From Candidatus Omnitrophica bacterium UBA6249 (lineage in GTDB: Bacteria; Omnitrophota; Gorgyraeia; Gygaellales; Profunditerraquicolaceae): a DNA stretch of 64,000 nucleotides. Below the pieces are notes generated by a model. That model worked only from the letters and a program-made list of their open reading frames with translations, ran no database searches and was not told the origin of the DNA. Positions within the stretch are counted from its first letter, which is position 1; the number at the start of each line of letters is the position of its first letter. The stretch is taken from positions 76,839 through 140,838 of the forward strand of contig DJVT01000009.1 in the NCBI GenBank assembly GCA_002441305.1. The letters run 5' to 3'. The translations under genes and the position numbers were made by a program. Shown in pieces: positions 55,301-61,942 of the stretch.

Positions 55301-55604
55301 AAGCATGTCCGCGATCGCCCTGATTTTCGCTATTTTCAAGGTCAAGCCTTCGCCTTTCTGCATACTGGATGAGATCGATGCGGCTTTGGACGAGGCAAAC
55401 GTAGACAGGTTCTCCAGGGCCTTGCAGGAGTTCTCAAAGACTTCGCAGTTTATCGTGATCACTCATAATAAAAAGACTATTGCCAATGCGAATGTGATGT
55501 ACGGGATCACTATGCAGCAGTCGGGTGTTTCGAAGATAGTCTCGGTGAAGCTCTCCCAGAATAAAGAAAAGGAGAACCAGAGGGAGGAGCCGGTTACGGT
55601 TTAA
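52371..55604 (+). CDS. smc: chromosome segregation protein SMC
   Basis: GPNGCGKSNI is the Walker A. Long coiled coils follow, and the C-terminus has LSGGEKSMSAIAL...ILDEIDAALD. Confidence 0.9.
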   Translation: MYFKRLELLGFKSFCDKTVLNFEPGITAVVGPNGCGKSNIFDSIRWVLGEQSAKSLRGSEMLDVIFNGADNKEALSMAEVSLTFDNSSRFFNLDQPEVMITRRLFRSGESEYLLNKATVRLKDIMDLLLGTGVGAESYSIIAQGKIDLVLSSRPEDRRMVFDEASGISKYKAQKRETTRKLEETEQNLLRVNDIVAEVKRQIGSLERQANKARRYKEVFEDLKLKETSQAILDKAGLLKQKEDTLLLADELRKQESALVEKVGELESRIANRQSELKALEESLMSSRSQILNLENSLVRNNEHIAFNQQRIAEIEENKSVLESQIEQSRNKLIQDEEKLKNVRLEYDNLKQNIDQRRSVLAQKEEEIERLSSAIKKSLETISDNKKLIIDLETRISSTHNEVNDFNSKHQVFLARKKRLEIEKAKVYEEKAIAEDALNKVTQELASTRELVDSFRQKILGVKSNLEQESDNLNSVNQQITACENEKLTLVSHKEFLEKLKSKYDNIGESLNAVIYLDKTPKESLTGLVVKVQGQDVLSDEDKARLGGNTLKISGEAKPIELDTVNISEKIARLEEELGELRSRKVLRESCISELTKMSSNLEQELRSHEITLANKESSYETMSEQFNKIKEEEDIIVMELGDVAREISAIEQNLCDAQARLSALNEEERQRQDSIVQEEDNISSNSKAREEVLVLLTQTKTEIEALNRRFTSDAATLKLLDDTYAQDKANLDSVERQISESGERRRIFELEIEDCRNKISQAESGIKELKDSLSGVEAQYNEVSSGTVGTVKQIEASRKELEQARNGLHELEMKDKDLDYRYSSIKERMLSAYKVDLESLGGPAEGVDQGALSMEISELKRKLDSYGTVNLVAIEEYDELKQRYDFLVQQQTDLLTAKDSLHQAILKINRTTKQMFVETFEKVKVEFKNYFRLLFNGGDAQLFLTDESDPLESGIEIICRPPGKKLQNVLLLSGGEKSMSAIALIFAIFKVKPSPFCILDEIDAALDEANVDRFSRALQEFSKTSQFIVITHNKKTIANANVMYGITMQQSGVSKIVSVKLSQNKEKENQREEPVTV

Positions 55605-56770
55605 GAACTGCAGCAGGTGTTGTTTTTACCCTGGTTCTTGGCCTTATACAGGGATTTGTCCGAGGAGGTAATCAGTTCGTCGGGAGTGAGGCCGTTATCG
55701 GGGAAAGTGGCTATTCCCAGGCTCACGGTAAGTTGTTTACCTGGAAAGGTTTCTTCGTTAAAGAAAGGGTATCTTTGGATATCCATCCTCAGCCTTTCGG
55801 CTATCATATAGGCTTCTTTCTGTTCTGTCTGCGGGAGGATAACGGTAAATTCCTCTCCTCCGTAACGGCAGACATAATCCATCTTCCGTGATTGGTTGCG
55901 CAGCAGCCTGGCAAGGTCCCGGAGTATCTTGTCTCCTTCCTGGTGGCCCATAGTATCGTTGTAAATCTTGAAGTTGTCGATATCCAAAGCAATCAGGCTT
56001 AATTTTTCCTTTGCGGCCTTGGCCTTTTCCATTTCCACCTGGAGGAGGTACTGGAAGTATCCGTGGTTCCAGAGGCTCGTAAGATAGTCGGAGTGGGCCC
56101 GTTCAACGGTCAGTTCGAACAGGCGGGAGTTTTCGATAGCCAGGCCTGCCTGGTTAGCAAGCATGGTGAGCATGCGGATATCGTCTTTTGTGATAGGTTC
56201 GTTGGTGATAAAGTTGTCCGCCACGATTATCCCGTTGACGCGGTCCTTGGCTTTAAGCGGGATGAGCAGGAGCTCATTGCCGCCGAATATCTTCAATACC
56301 GGAGAGTTCTTGTATTTCTGCATGGATTGTTTGTCCAGGTGAAGCGGCATCCCTTCCAGCACGGCGAGGGAGAGAGGGTTCTCTTCTTTGTCATACATGG
56401 ATACCTTCAGGTTCTTCACCTGGCGGTTGAAACCGGAATCCAGGACAAAGCTTGAATTCTTGAAGGCGTCGATCAGGTCTTCCAGGTCCATCTTTTCCTG
56501 TTCTATCTTCGTCCAGGCTATATTGGCTTCTTCGCCGTTTTCCGGGCCGATTCCCATCCTGCCTTCGATAATTTTATCCTTTTCGTTGACTAAAAAAAGC
56601 ATGGCGCGGTTGAAACCCAGGCCGGTATGAGCGGTTACGCCGGTAAGAATGATATAGAGGATTTCGTCCAGCTTGAGGGTGGTGCGCATTGCATTGGAGA
56701 TCTCGTAGAGTATGCCCAGCTCGTTTTTGGTGCGTTCAAGTTCGGTTTTAAGCTTGTTCAATTCGTCCAT
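55601..56770 (-). CDS. GAF domain-containing diguanylate cyclase (GGDEF)
   Basis: RYGGEEFTVILP is the GGEEF motif, preceded by a GAF-like region and an N-terminal coiled coil. The start at ATG 56770 (MDELNKL) follows from the promoter geometry. Alternative starts are 56788 (ATG) and 56806 (TTG). Confidence 0.8.
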   Translation of the reverse strand: MDELNKLKTELERTKNELGILYEISNAMRTTLKLDEILYIILTGVTAHTGLGFNRAMLFLVNEKDKIIEGRMGIGPENGEEANIAWTKIEQEKMDLEDLIDAFKNSSFVLDSGFNRQVKNLKVSMYDKEENPLSLAVLEGMPLHLDKQSMQKYKNSPVLKIFGGNELLLIPLKAKDRVNGIIVADNFITNEPITKDDIRMLTMLANQAGLAIENSRLFELTVERAHSDYLTSLWNHGYFQYLLQVEMEKAKAAKEKLSLIALDIDNFKIYNDTMGHQEGDKILRDLARLLRNQSRKMDYVCRYGGEEFTVILPQTEQKEAYMIAERLRMDIQRYPFFNEETFPGKQLTVSLGIATFPDNGLTPDELITSSDKSLYKAKNQGKNNTCCSS

Positions 56771-56778
56771 AATGGTTA

Positions 56779-56806
56779 AGTGTAACATATCTGCGACCAA
56801 TGTCAA
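56779..56806 (-). promoter_or_regulatory. sigma70-type promoter, leaderless geometry (GGDEF gene)
   Basis: On the minus strand: TTGACA (56806-56801), 16-nt spacer, TACACT (56784-56779), then 8 nt to the ATG at 56770. Confidence 0.5.
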
Positions 56807-56833
56807 GGAAGCGGGCGCGGGTTCGTTAAATGA

Positions 56834-56861
56834 TTGACATTTCCCTTCAATCTTATATAAT
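56834..56861 (+). promoter_or_regulatory. sigma70-type promoter (secreted Cys-rich protein gene)
   Basis: TTGACA (56834-56839), 16-nt spacer, TATAAT (56856-56861). The leader carries the AAGGAGGA RBS ahead of the ATG at 56884. Confidence 0.7.
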
Positions 56862-56883
56862 TAAATCAAAATAAGGAGGAGTT

Positions 56884-57378
56884 ATGTTGAAATCCCTAAA
56901 GGCCTTTTTAGCTTTTGTTTTCTTATTCGCCGCCTCGACGGTGGCTGCATTAGCCGAGGACATAACCATCACTACCTATTATCCTTCTCCTTACGGTTCA
57001 TATAACGAACTGCAATTATACCCGCATTCTTCCCCCACAGTCAGCTGCAACTCCTCCAAAAGGGGGACGATGTATTATGATTCCGACGACAATAATATGT
57101 ACGTCTGCAACGGAACGAGCTGGCTGGTTTTAAGCAAGGGATCGGCTTTTACTTACTATTGTTTCTCCAGTTCTTCTTACGGAAGCCCGGTTTGCACGAA
57201 TTACGGAGGCAGCCGGGGCTATTGTCCTTCCGGATACACGCAGCAGGGGTCGTTAGGCGCATGGGGGCGTTGTTATGACAGCTCCGGTAATTATGCTTAT
57301 ATGCGCCCTCCCGGAGGCAGCTGCGGGGGCAGTTATTCCGGCAGTACGGTGGGGAACGCCTACGTCTGTTCCCAGTAA
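56884..57378 (+). CDS. secreted Cys/Gly/Ser/Tyr-rich protein, unknown function
   Basis: The signal peptide is MLKSLKAFLAFVFLFAASTVAALA. The mature protein has 8 Cys, a TTYYPSPYGSY motif and a GTMYYDSDDNNMYVCNGTSW motif. The gene has a strong RBS (aaggagga) and its own promoter. Confidence 0.6.
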   Translation: MLKSLKAFLAFVFLFAASTVAALAEDITITTYYPSPYGSYNELQLYPHSSPTVSCNSSKRGTMYYDSDDNNMYVCNGTSWLVLSKGSAFTYYCFSSSSYGSPVCTNYGGSRGYCPSGYTQQGSLGAWGRCYDSSGNYAYMRPPGGSCGGSYSGSTVGNAYVCSQ

Positions 57379-57506
57379 TTTTCCGGGGATGCCATCCTTT
57401 TTGCATTATTTCCAGAAATCACAAATTTCCGCAATCCATGTTAGATGAGCCTCTTTTTTGCGTCAGTTATGGCAGAAAGGAGGGGTTTTGGCCGGCAGGA
57501 ATGTGG

Positions 57507-57535
57507 TTGACACCCAGTCGGTGGCGGGTTATAAT
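57507..57535 (+). promoter_or_regulatory. consensus sigma70 promoter (recA)
   Basis: TTGACA (57507-57512), 17-nt spacer, TATAAT (57530-57535). A leader of about 27 nt carries the GGAGGGA RBS ahead of the ATG at 57569. Confidence 0.75.
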
Positions 57536-57568
57536 AATCACTTAAATTTATACAGCGGAGGGACTAAG

Positions 57569-58597
57569 ATGGCGGTCGATAAAAGAAAAGAAAAAGAAGA
57601 AGTGAGGGATTTATCCGACAGGCATAAGGCGCTGGAGCTGGCTTTGGCGCAGATAGAAAAACAGTTCGGCAAGGGTTCGATTATGAAGCTCGGAGCCCAC
57701 ACCAAGGTTAACGTCGAGACCATATCTACAGGAGCGCTTACCCTGGATACCGCCCTGGGTGTGGGAGGCTTGCCGCGCGGCAGGGTGGTGGAGATATTCG
57801 GCCCTGAGGCATCAGGAAAAACTACTTTGACTTTGACGGCGATAAGGGAGATACAGAAAAAGGGCGGAGTTGCCGCGTTTATAGACGCTGAACATGCCTT
57901 TGACCCGATCTACGCCAAGCTTATCGGGGTAAATCTTGACGATCTCCTGATTTCACAGCCGGATACGGGCGAGCAGGCGCTGGAGATAGCCGAGACTCTG
58001 GTACGTTCCAATGCGGTTGACCTGGTAGTGGTCGATTCGGTAGCGGCGCTTACTCCCCGCGCTGAGATCGAAGGAGATATGGGGGATTCGCATATGGGGC
58101 TGCAGGCGCGCCTTATGTCGCAGGCCCTGCGCAAGTTAACCGGTTCGATCAGCAAATCTCGCACTACGGTAATTTTTATCAACCAGCTGAGGGAAAAAAT
58201 CGGAGTAATGTTCGGCTCCCCGGAGACGACTCCCGGGGGGAGGGCGCTCAAGTTTTATTCATCGGTCAGGCTGGATGTGCGAAGGATCGCTTATTTGAAA
58301 GAGGGGGATAGGATAGTTGGTAACCATGTAAGGGTCAGGGTGGTCAAGAACAAGGTGGCTCCCCCGTTCCGCGAGGCAGAGTTCGATATTATGCATAATG
58401 AAGGGATTGCCAAGACCGGGTCGGTTATCGATGCAGGCGTGAATCTGGGCGTACTTGCCAAATCCGGCACCTGGATTTCCTTTGAAGACAAAAAGCTGGG
58501 GCAGGGCCGGGATGCGGCGATAAAGTTCCTGAAAGAGACCCCCAAGGTGCAGGAAGATATTGAAAAAGAAGTTCGTAAGAAGATCAGCCTCGAATAG
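57569..58597 (+). CDS. recA: recombinase RecA
   Basis: [12 protein letters not shown] is the Walker A, and [22 protein letters not shown] follows. The ATG at 57569 has RBS ggaggga. The track's upstream extension covers the promoter. Confidence 0.95.
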   Translation: MAVDKRKEKEEVRDLSDRHKALELALAQIEKQFGKGSIMKLGAHTKVNVETISTGALTLDTALGVGGLPRGRVVEIFGPEASGKTTLTLTAIREIQKKGGVAAFIDAEHAFDPIYAKLIGVNLDDLLISQPDTGEQALEIAETLVRSNAVDLVVVDSVAALTPRAEIEGDMGDSHMGLQARLMSQALRKLTGSISKSRTTVIFINQLREKIGVMFGSPETTPGGRALKFYSSVRLDVRRIAYLKEGDRIVGNHVRVRVVKNKVAPPFREAEFDIMHNEGIAKTGSVIDAGVNLGVLAKSGTWISFEDKKLGQGRDAAIKFLKETPKVQEDIEKEVRKKISLE

Positions 58598-58722
58598 GCC
58601 GCAAGGCCATGGTTTGCTTTCAATTCAGCAAAGCCATAGGCCGCAAGGCCATGGTTTGCTTTCAAGTTGGCAAAGCCATAGGCCGCAAGGCCATGGTTTG
58701 CTTTCAATTCAGCAAAGCCATG
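58597..58722 (+). repeat. 3 x 42-bp perfect-register tandem repeat between recA and recX
   Basis: Units are 58597-58638, 58639-58680 and 58681-58722, with consensus ggccgcaaggccatggtttgctttcaattcagcaaagccata. Unit 2 differs at 3 positions. Each unit contains the hairpin GGCC-GCAA-GGCC. Confidence 0.9.
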
Positions 58723-59213
58723 ATAAAGCCGTAATTCAATCCCGCCGAGACGCAGCTGTAAGCGGCAGTCTGGAAAAGGCAAAAGAATACGCTTTTTTCC
58801 TGCTCAAGTTCCGCCTGCGCAGTGAACATGAGCTGATATCCAGGTTGAGGCAAAAGGGTTTTTCCGAAGAAGCCTGCCGGGAGACGGTAAACTTTCTAAG
58901 AGACAGGCGTTTTATCGATGATCGCGTTTTTGCCAAGGGCTGGGTTGCCAGCAGGCTCAAGCGGCCTTTTGGTTTAAAGAGGATAAAAGGCGAATTGCTT
59001 CAAAAGGGGCTGGCCAAGGAAGTTATAGAAGAGGTTTTTGCCCAGGCCGGGAAAGGGTATGATGAACTTTCCGTTGTAAAAGACCTGGCCGGGCGGAGAT
59101 TCTGCAGGTTGAAAGGCATAGATCCTCTTAAAGCAAGACAAAGGGTGTATGGTTATTTGCTGCGGCGCGGATTTTCTCCCGATTCGATAAAGGCGGCGGT
59201 AAAAGGATTTTGA
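58698..59213 (+). CDS. recX: recombination regulator RecX (start uncertain)
   Basis: AFFLLKFRLRSEHELISRLRQKGFSEEACRETVNFLRDRRFIDDRVFA is RecX-like. There is no in-frame ATG. TTG candidates are 58560, 58614, 58656 and 58698. I chose the last because it gives a typical length of about 171 aa. Confidence 0.65.
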   Translation: MLSIQQSHDKAVIQSRRDAAVSGSLEKAKEYAFFLLKFRLRSEHELISRLRQKGFSEEACRETVNFLRDRRFIDDRVFAKGWVASRLKRPFGLKRIKGELLQKGLAKEVIEEVFAQAGKGYDELSVVKDLAGRRFCRLKGIDPLKARQRVYGYLLRRGFSPDSIKAAVKGF

Positions 59214-59243
59214 TGAGTGAGGGGATAGGTGTATTTTACAGGA

Positions 59244-59294
59244 ATGTTTGTTTTGTAACGTTAGAGAGGATAACAAGTTACATAAACTGTCTAC
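59244..59294 (+). repeat. bipartite intergenic element, single copy G (upstream of alaS)
   Basis: atgtttgttttgtaa (59244-59258), N18, gttacataaactgtctac (59277-59294). The ATG lies 1 nt downstream. Confidence 0.85.
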
Positions 59295-59295
59295 G

Positions 59296-61932
59296 ATGAA
59301 GGCGGAAGAGTTAAGAGAAAAGTTCCTGGATTTTTTCAAGGGCAAGGGGCATAAGGCTGTGGAAAGCGATTCGCTTGTGCCCAAGGAAGACCCCACGGTT
59401 TTGTTTACCCCGGCCGGGATGAACCAGTTCAAGAAAGAGTTTATGGGGTTTGATTCTGGGTTCAGGCGGGCGGCTACCTGCCAGCGCTGCCTGCGTACGG
59501 ATGACCTGGAAAAGGTCGGCAAGACGAGCAGCCACCTTACTTTTTTCGAGATGCTGGGGAATTTTTCTTTCGGGGATTATTTCAAGCAGGAGGCGATCGC
59601 CTGGGCATGGGAATTTTTGACAAAAGAGTTGAAGATCAGCCCGGACAGGCTGTGGGTTTCGGTTTACAAGAATGACGATGAAGCATACTCTATCTGGAAA
59701 AATGAGGTAGGTATTCCGGAAGGAAGAATCGTCAGGCTCGGGGATAAGGACAATTTCTGGCCGGCGGAGGCGAAAGAGAAGGGCCCTAACGGACCTTGTG
59801 GTCCATGCTCGGAGATCTTCTATGATTTTGGCCCAGGGACCGGGTGCCTGAAGAGCACATGCGATCCTTCATGCAGCTGCGGAAGGTTCGTGGAGATATG
59901 GAACCTGGTTTTTACCCAGTTCAACCGTAAGGATGGCGGAGCGCTTGAACCGCTGCCGAATAAGAATATCGATACCGGGATGGGGCTTGAGAGGCTGACT
60001 GCGGTTATGCAGGGCAGGAGGAATAATTTCGAGACGGAGTTGTTCCAGCCGGTGATCGATGAGATACGCAGGCATATGACATGCGAGCCGGAAGAGGCGC
60101 AAAGACTCCTCTACGCATTGGCCGATCATATCCGGGCAGTGGTATTTTCCATATATGACGGGATTACTCCTTCCAACGAGGGCCGCGGTTACATTGTCAG
60201 GAAGATAATCCGCAAGAGCGTAATGCATTTAAGGAGCCTGGGAATAGAGAAACCTTTCCTGAACAGGCTGGTTGGAGAATTGGCGCAGATTATGCATTCT
60301 GCTTACCCGGACCTGAAAGACAGGCAGGAGGATATCGCGCAGGTCATCTTGAATGAAGAAACAAATTTTATCAATACGCTCAAGTTGAGCGGCGCGCTGA
60401 TAGATTCCGAGATAGAAAAAATAAAAGAAGATTTGAATAAAGACCCCAGGGTGGACGGCTTTATTATCGCCAGTGACGGTACCGGGGCTGCTTTAGGAAA
60501 TATTTGTTTTAAATTATATGACACTAATGGCATCCCCCCGGAAATAACAAGAAATGAGCTGAAATCGAGGCTTATCAGCGTAGGCAAAAGTTTCGAAGAG
60601 ACATTCCAGGACAGGCTTAATGAACAGAAGGTTCTTTCAAAATCATCCAGCAAGATGAAAGGGGATGTGTTTAGCGTCCCGAAGCACGCGGTTGAGGGGT
60701 TGAAAAAAACACAATTTCTCGGTTATGACCAATCTGCAGTGAAATCCAAGATTGTCAGGACTATCGAAGACGATGATCACCCTGACCGAGTAGGTATTAT
60801 TTTGGACAAGACGGTTTTTTATGCCGAATCAGGAGGCCAGGTTAGCGATACTGGTATTTTAGCAAGCGGCAGCAATATTTTTCCGGTTGTCGATGTTCAG
60901 AAAATAGATGATGTTTTTATTCATTGGATAAACAAGGCCCAGGATTTTCCTAAGACAGAAGATACTGTAGAAGCCAGGATCGATTCCTCGTATCGCATGA
61001 ATGTGGCGCGTAACCATACCGCCACGCATATACTGCAGGCGGCATTGCGCCAGGTATTGGGCGGGCATGTCCAGCAGCAGGGCTCTCTGGTCAACGCGGA
61101 AAAACTGCGTTTCGACTTTACTCACTTCAAGGGATTGTCTAAAGAGGAGCTCGCCGGAGTGGAGGAAGCGGCTAACGGGTATATATCCGGCAAGCAGGCT
61201 GTGAGGTGCGACCAGATGTCTTTAAAGGATGCCAAAAAGACGGGGGCGCTGGCTTTTTTCGAGGAGAAGTACGGAGAGACCGTGCGCGTTGTTTCTATTG
61301 ACGGGGTCTCGAAAGAATTTTGCGGGGGGACGCACCTGGGGAGCATAGACGAGATCGGGCTGATAAAAATCACCGGGGAAAGTTCCGTGGCCAGCGGAAT
61401 AAGGAGGATCGAAGCGGTAACCGGGGAGGCGGCAAAGAAATTCGTCGAAGAACAGAAAAAGAAGGCCGCCGAAGAATCCAGGAAAAAGGACAGGCTGAAG
61501 GTTTTAAAAGAAGAAGACAAGAAAAAGAGCGCCGAGATGAACAGGCGCCTGCTCGATTTGGCCCCTGCGCTGGCAGGCAAGGCCTTGGAGGCAGGAGGCA
61601 TCAATTTTGTTTCCGCTTTCGAAGTCGGGATGGATATGAGGGATTTGCGCAGCCTGGCGGATAAAGTAAGGGAAGGGTTAAAACACGGGGTTGTTGTTTT
61701 AGGCTCAGGGGAACAGGGAAAAGCGCATTTAGTTGTGGCATTAACGCCCGATCTTTTGGAGCGGGGGCTGGACGCTTCCGTCCTGATACGGCAGGCGGCT
61801 TCGGAGATCGGTGGTTCCGGAGGGGGCAGGCCGGATTTTGCCCAGGCAGGAGGCACGAAACCGGAAAACTTTGCGTTGGCATTTGAGAAATTAAGAGATA
61901 TAATTAAAGGCCTGCCTGCGGAAGGCAGATAA
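59296..61932 (+). CDS. alaS: alanine--tRNA ligase
   Basis: FTPAGMNQFK, WNLVFTQFNR, HTATHILQAAL and CGGTH are diagnostic. The ATG at 59296 lies 1 nt after repeat box 2. Confidence 0.95.
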   Translation: MKAEELREKFLDFFKGKGHKAVESDSLVPKEDPTVLFTPAGMNQFKKEFMGFDSGFRRAATCQRCLRTDDLEKVGKTSSHLTFFEMLGNFSFGDYFKQEAIAWAWEFLTKELKISPDRLWVSVYKNDDEAYSIWKNEVGIPEGRIVRLGDKDNFWPAEAKEKGPNGPCGPCSEIFYDFGPGTGCLKSTCDPSCSCGRFVEIWNLVFTQFNRKDGGALEPLPNKNIDTGMGLERLTAVMQGRRNNFETELFQPVIDEIRRHMTCEPEEAQRLLYALADHIRAVVFSIYDGITPSNEGRGYIVRKIIRKSVMHLRSLGIEKPFLNRLVGELAQIMHSAYPDLKDRQEDIAQVILNEETNFINTLKLSGALIDSEIEKIKEDLNKDPRVDGFIIASDGTGAALGNICFKLYDTNGIPPEITRNELKSRLISVGKSFEETFQDRLNEQKVLSKSSSKMKGDVFSVPKHAVEGLKKTQFLGYDQSAVKSKIVRTIEDDDHPDRVGIILDKTVFYAESGGQVSDTGILASGSNIFPVVDVQKIDDVFIHWINKAQDFPKTEDTVEARIDSSYRMNVARNHTATHILQAALRQVLGGHVQQQGSLVNAEKLRFDFTHFKGLSKEELAGVEEAANGYISGKQAVRCDQMSLKDAKKTGALAFFEEKYGETVRVVSIDGVSKEFCGGTHLGSIDEIGLIKITGESSVASGIRRIEAVTGEAAKKFVEEQKKKAAEESRKKDRLKVLKEEDKKKSAEMNRRLLDLAPALAGKALEAGGINFVSAFEVGMDMRDLRSLADKVREGLKHGVVVLGSGEQGKAHLVVALTPDLLERGLDASVLIRQAASEIGGSGGGRPDFAQAGGTKPENFALAFEKLRDIIKGLPAEGR

Positions 61933-61942
61933 GAGGGAAAAG

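Noticed and set aside
57379-57568. Search for a LexA/SOS box upstream of recA
   Set aside because: No CTGT-N8-ACAG, GAAC-N4-GTTC or similar palindrome is visible near the consensus promoter, so I cannot claim SOS regulation from this sequence.
58597-58722. Repeat array considered as a CRISPR
   Set aside because: The three 42-bp units are directly contiguous with no unique spacers, there are only three copies, and no cas genes are present.
30322-59294. Reading the bipartite element as an ordinary sigma70, sigma54 or ECF promoter
   Set aside because: TTGTAA is 22 nt from the best -10-like hexamer CATAAA, and the hexamer at the canonical 17-nt spacing is AGTTAC. There is no GG-N10-GC pattern with sigma54 spacing. 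ECF-like TGTAAC...CGTA would need a spacer of about 21 nt and is present in only some copies. The element is therefore reported as unclassified rather than assigned to a known sigma.
33029-59295. ORF-track N-terminal extensions that translate repeat box 2 (TTG 33029, TTG 45121, ATG 59248), and extensions at 48720, 52156 and 57458
   Set aside because: The extensions are encoded by the conserved intergenic element or by promoter sequence. Each has an in-frame ATG downstream matching the usual N-terminus of the family: DegT (LDLK), acyl-CoA dehydrogenase (MDYLLTDEQ), RecA (MAVDKRKEK) and AlaRS (MKAEELREKF).
27078-61856. Other long antisense ORFs: 27078-27779, 36617-37339, 41490-42173, 47943-48434, 54390-55076 and 61122-61856, all on the minus strand
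   Set aside because: Each lies opposite a confidently identified + strand gene (GT2, priA, gap, glgC, smc, alaS). The translations are low-complexity with no start-site signals.
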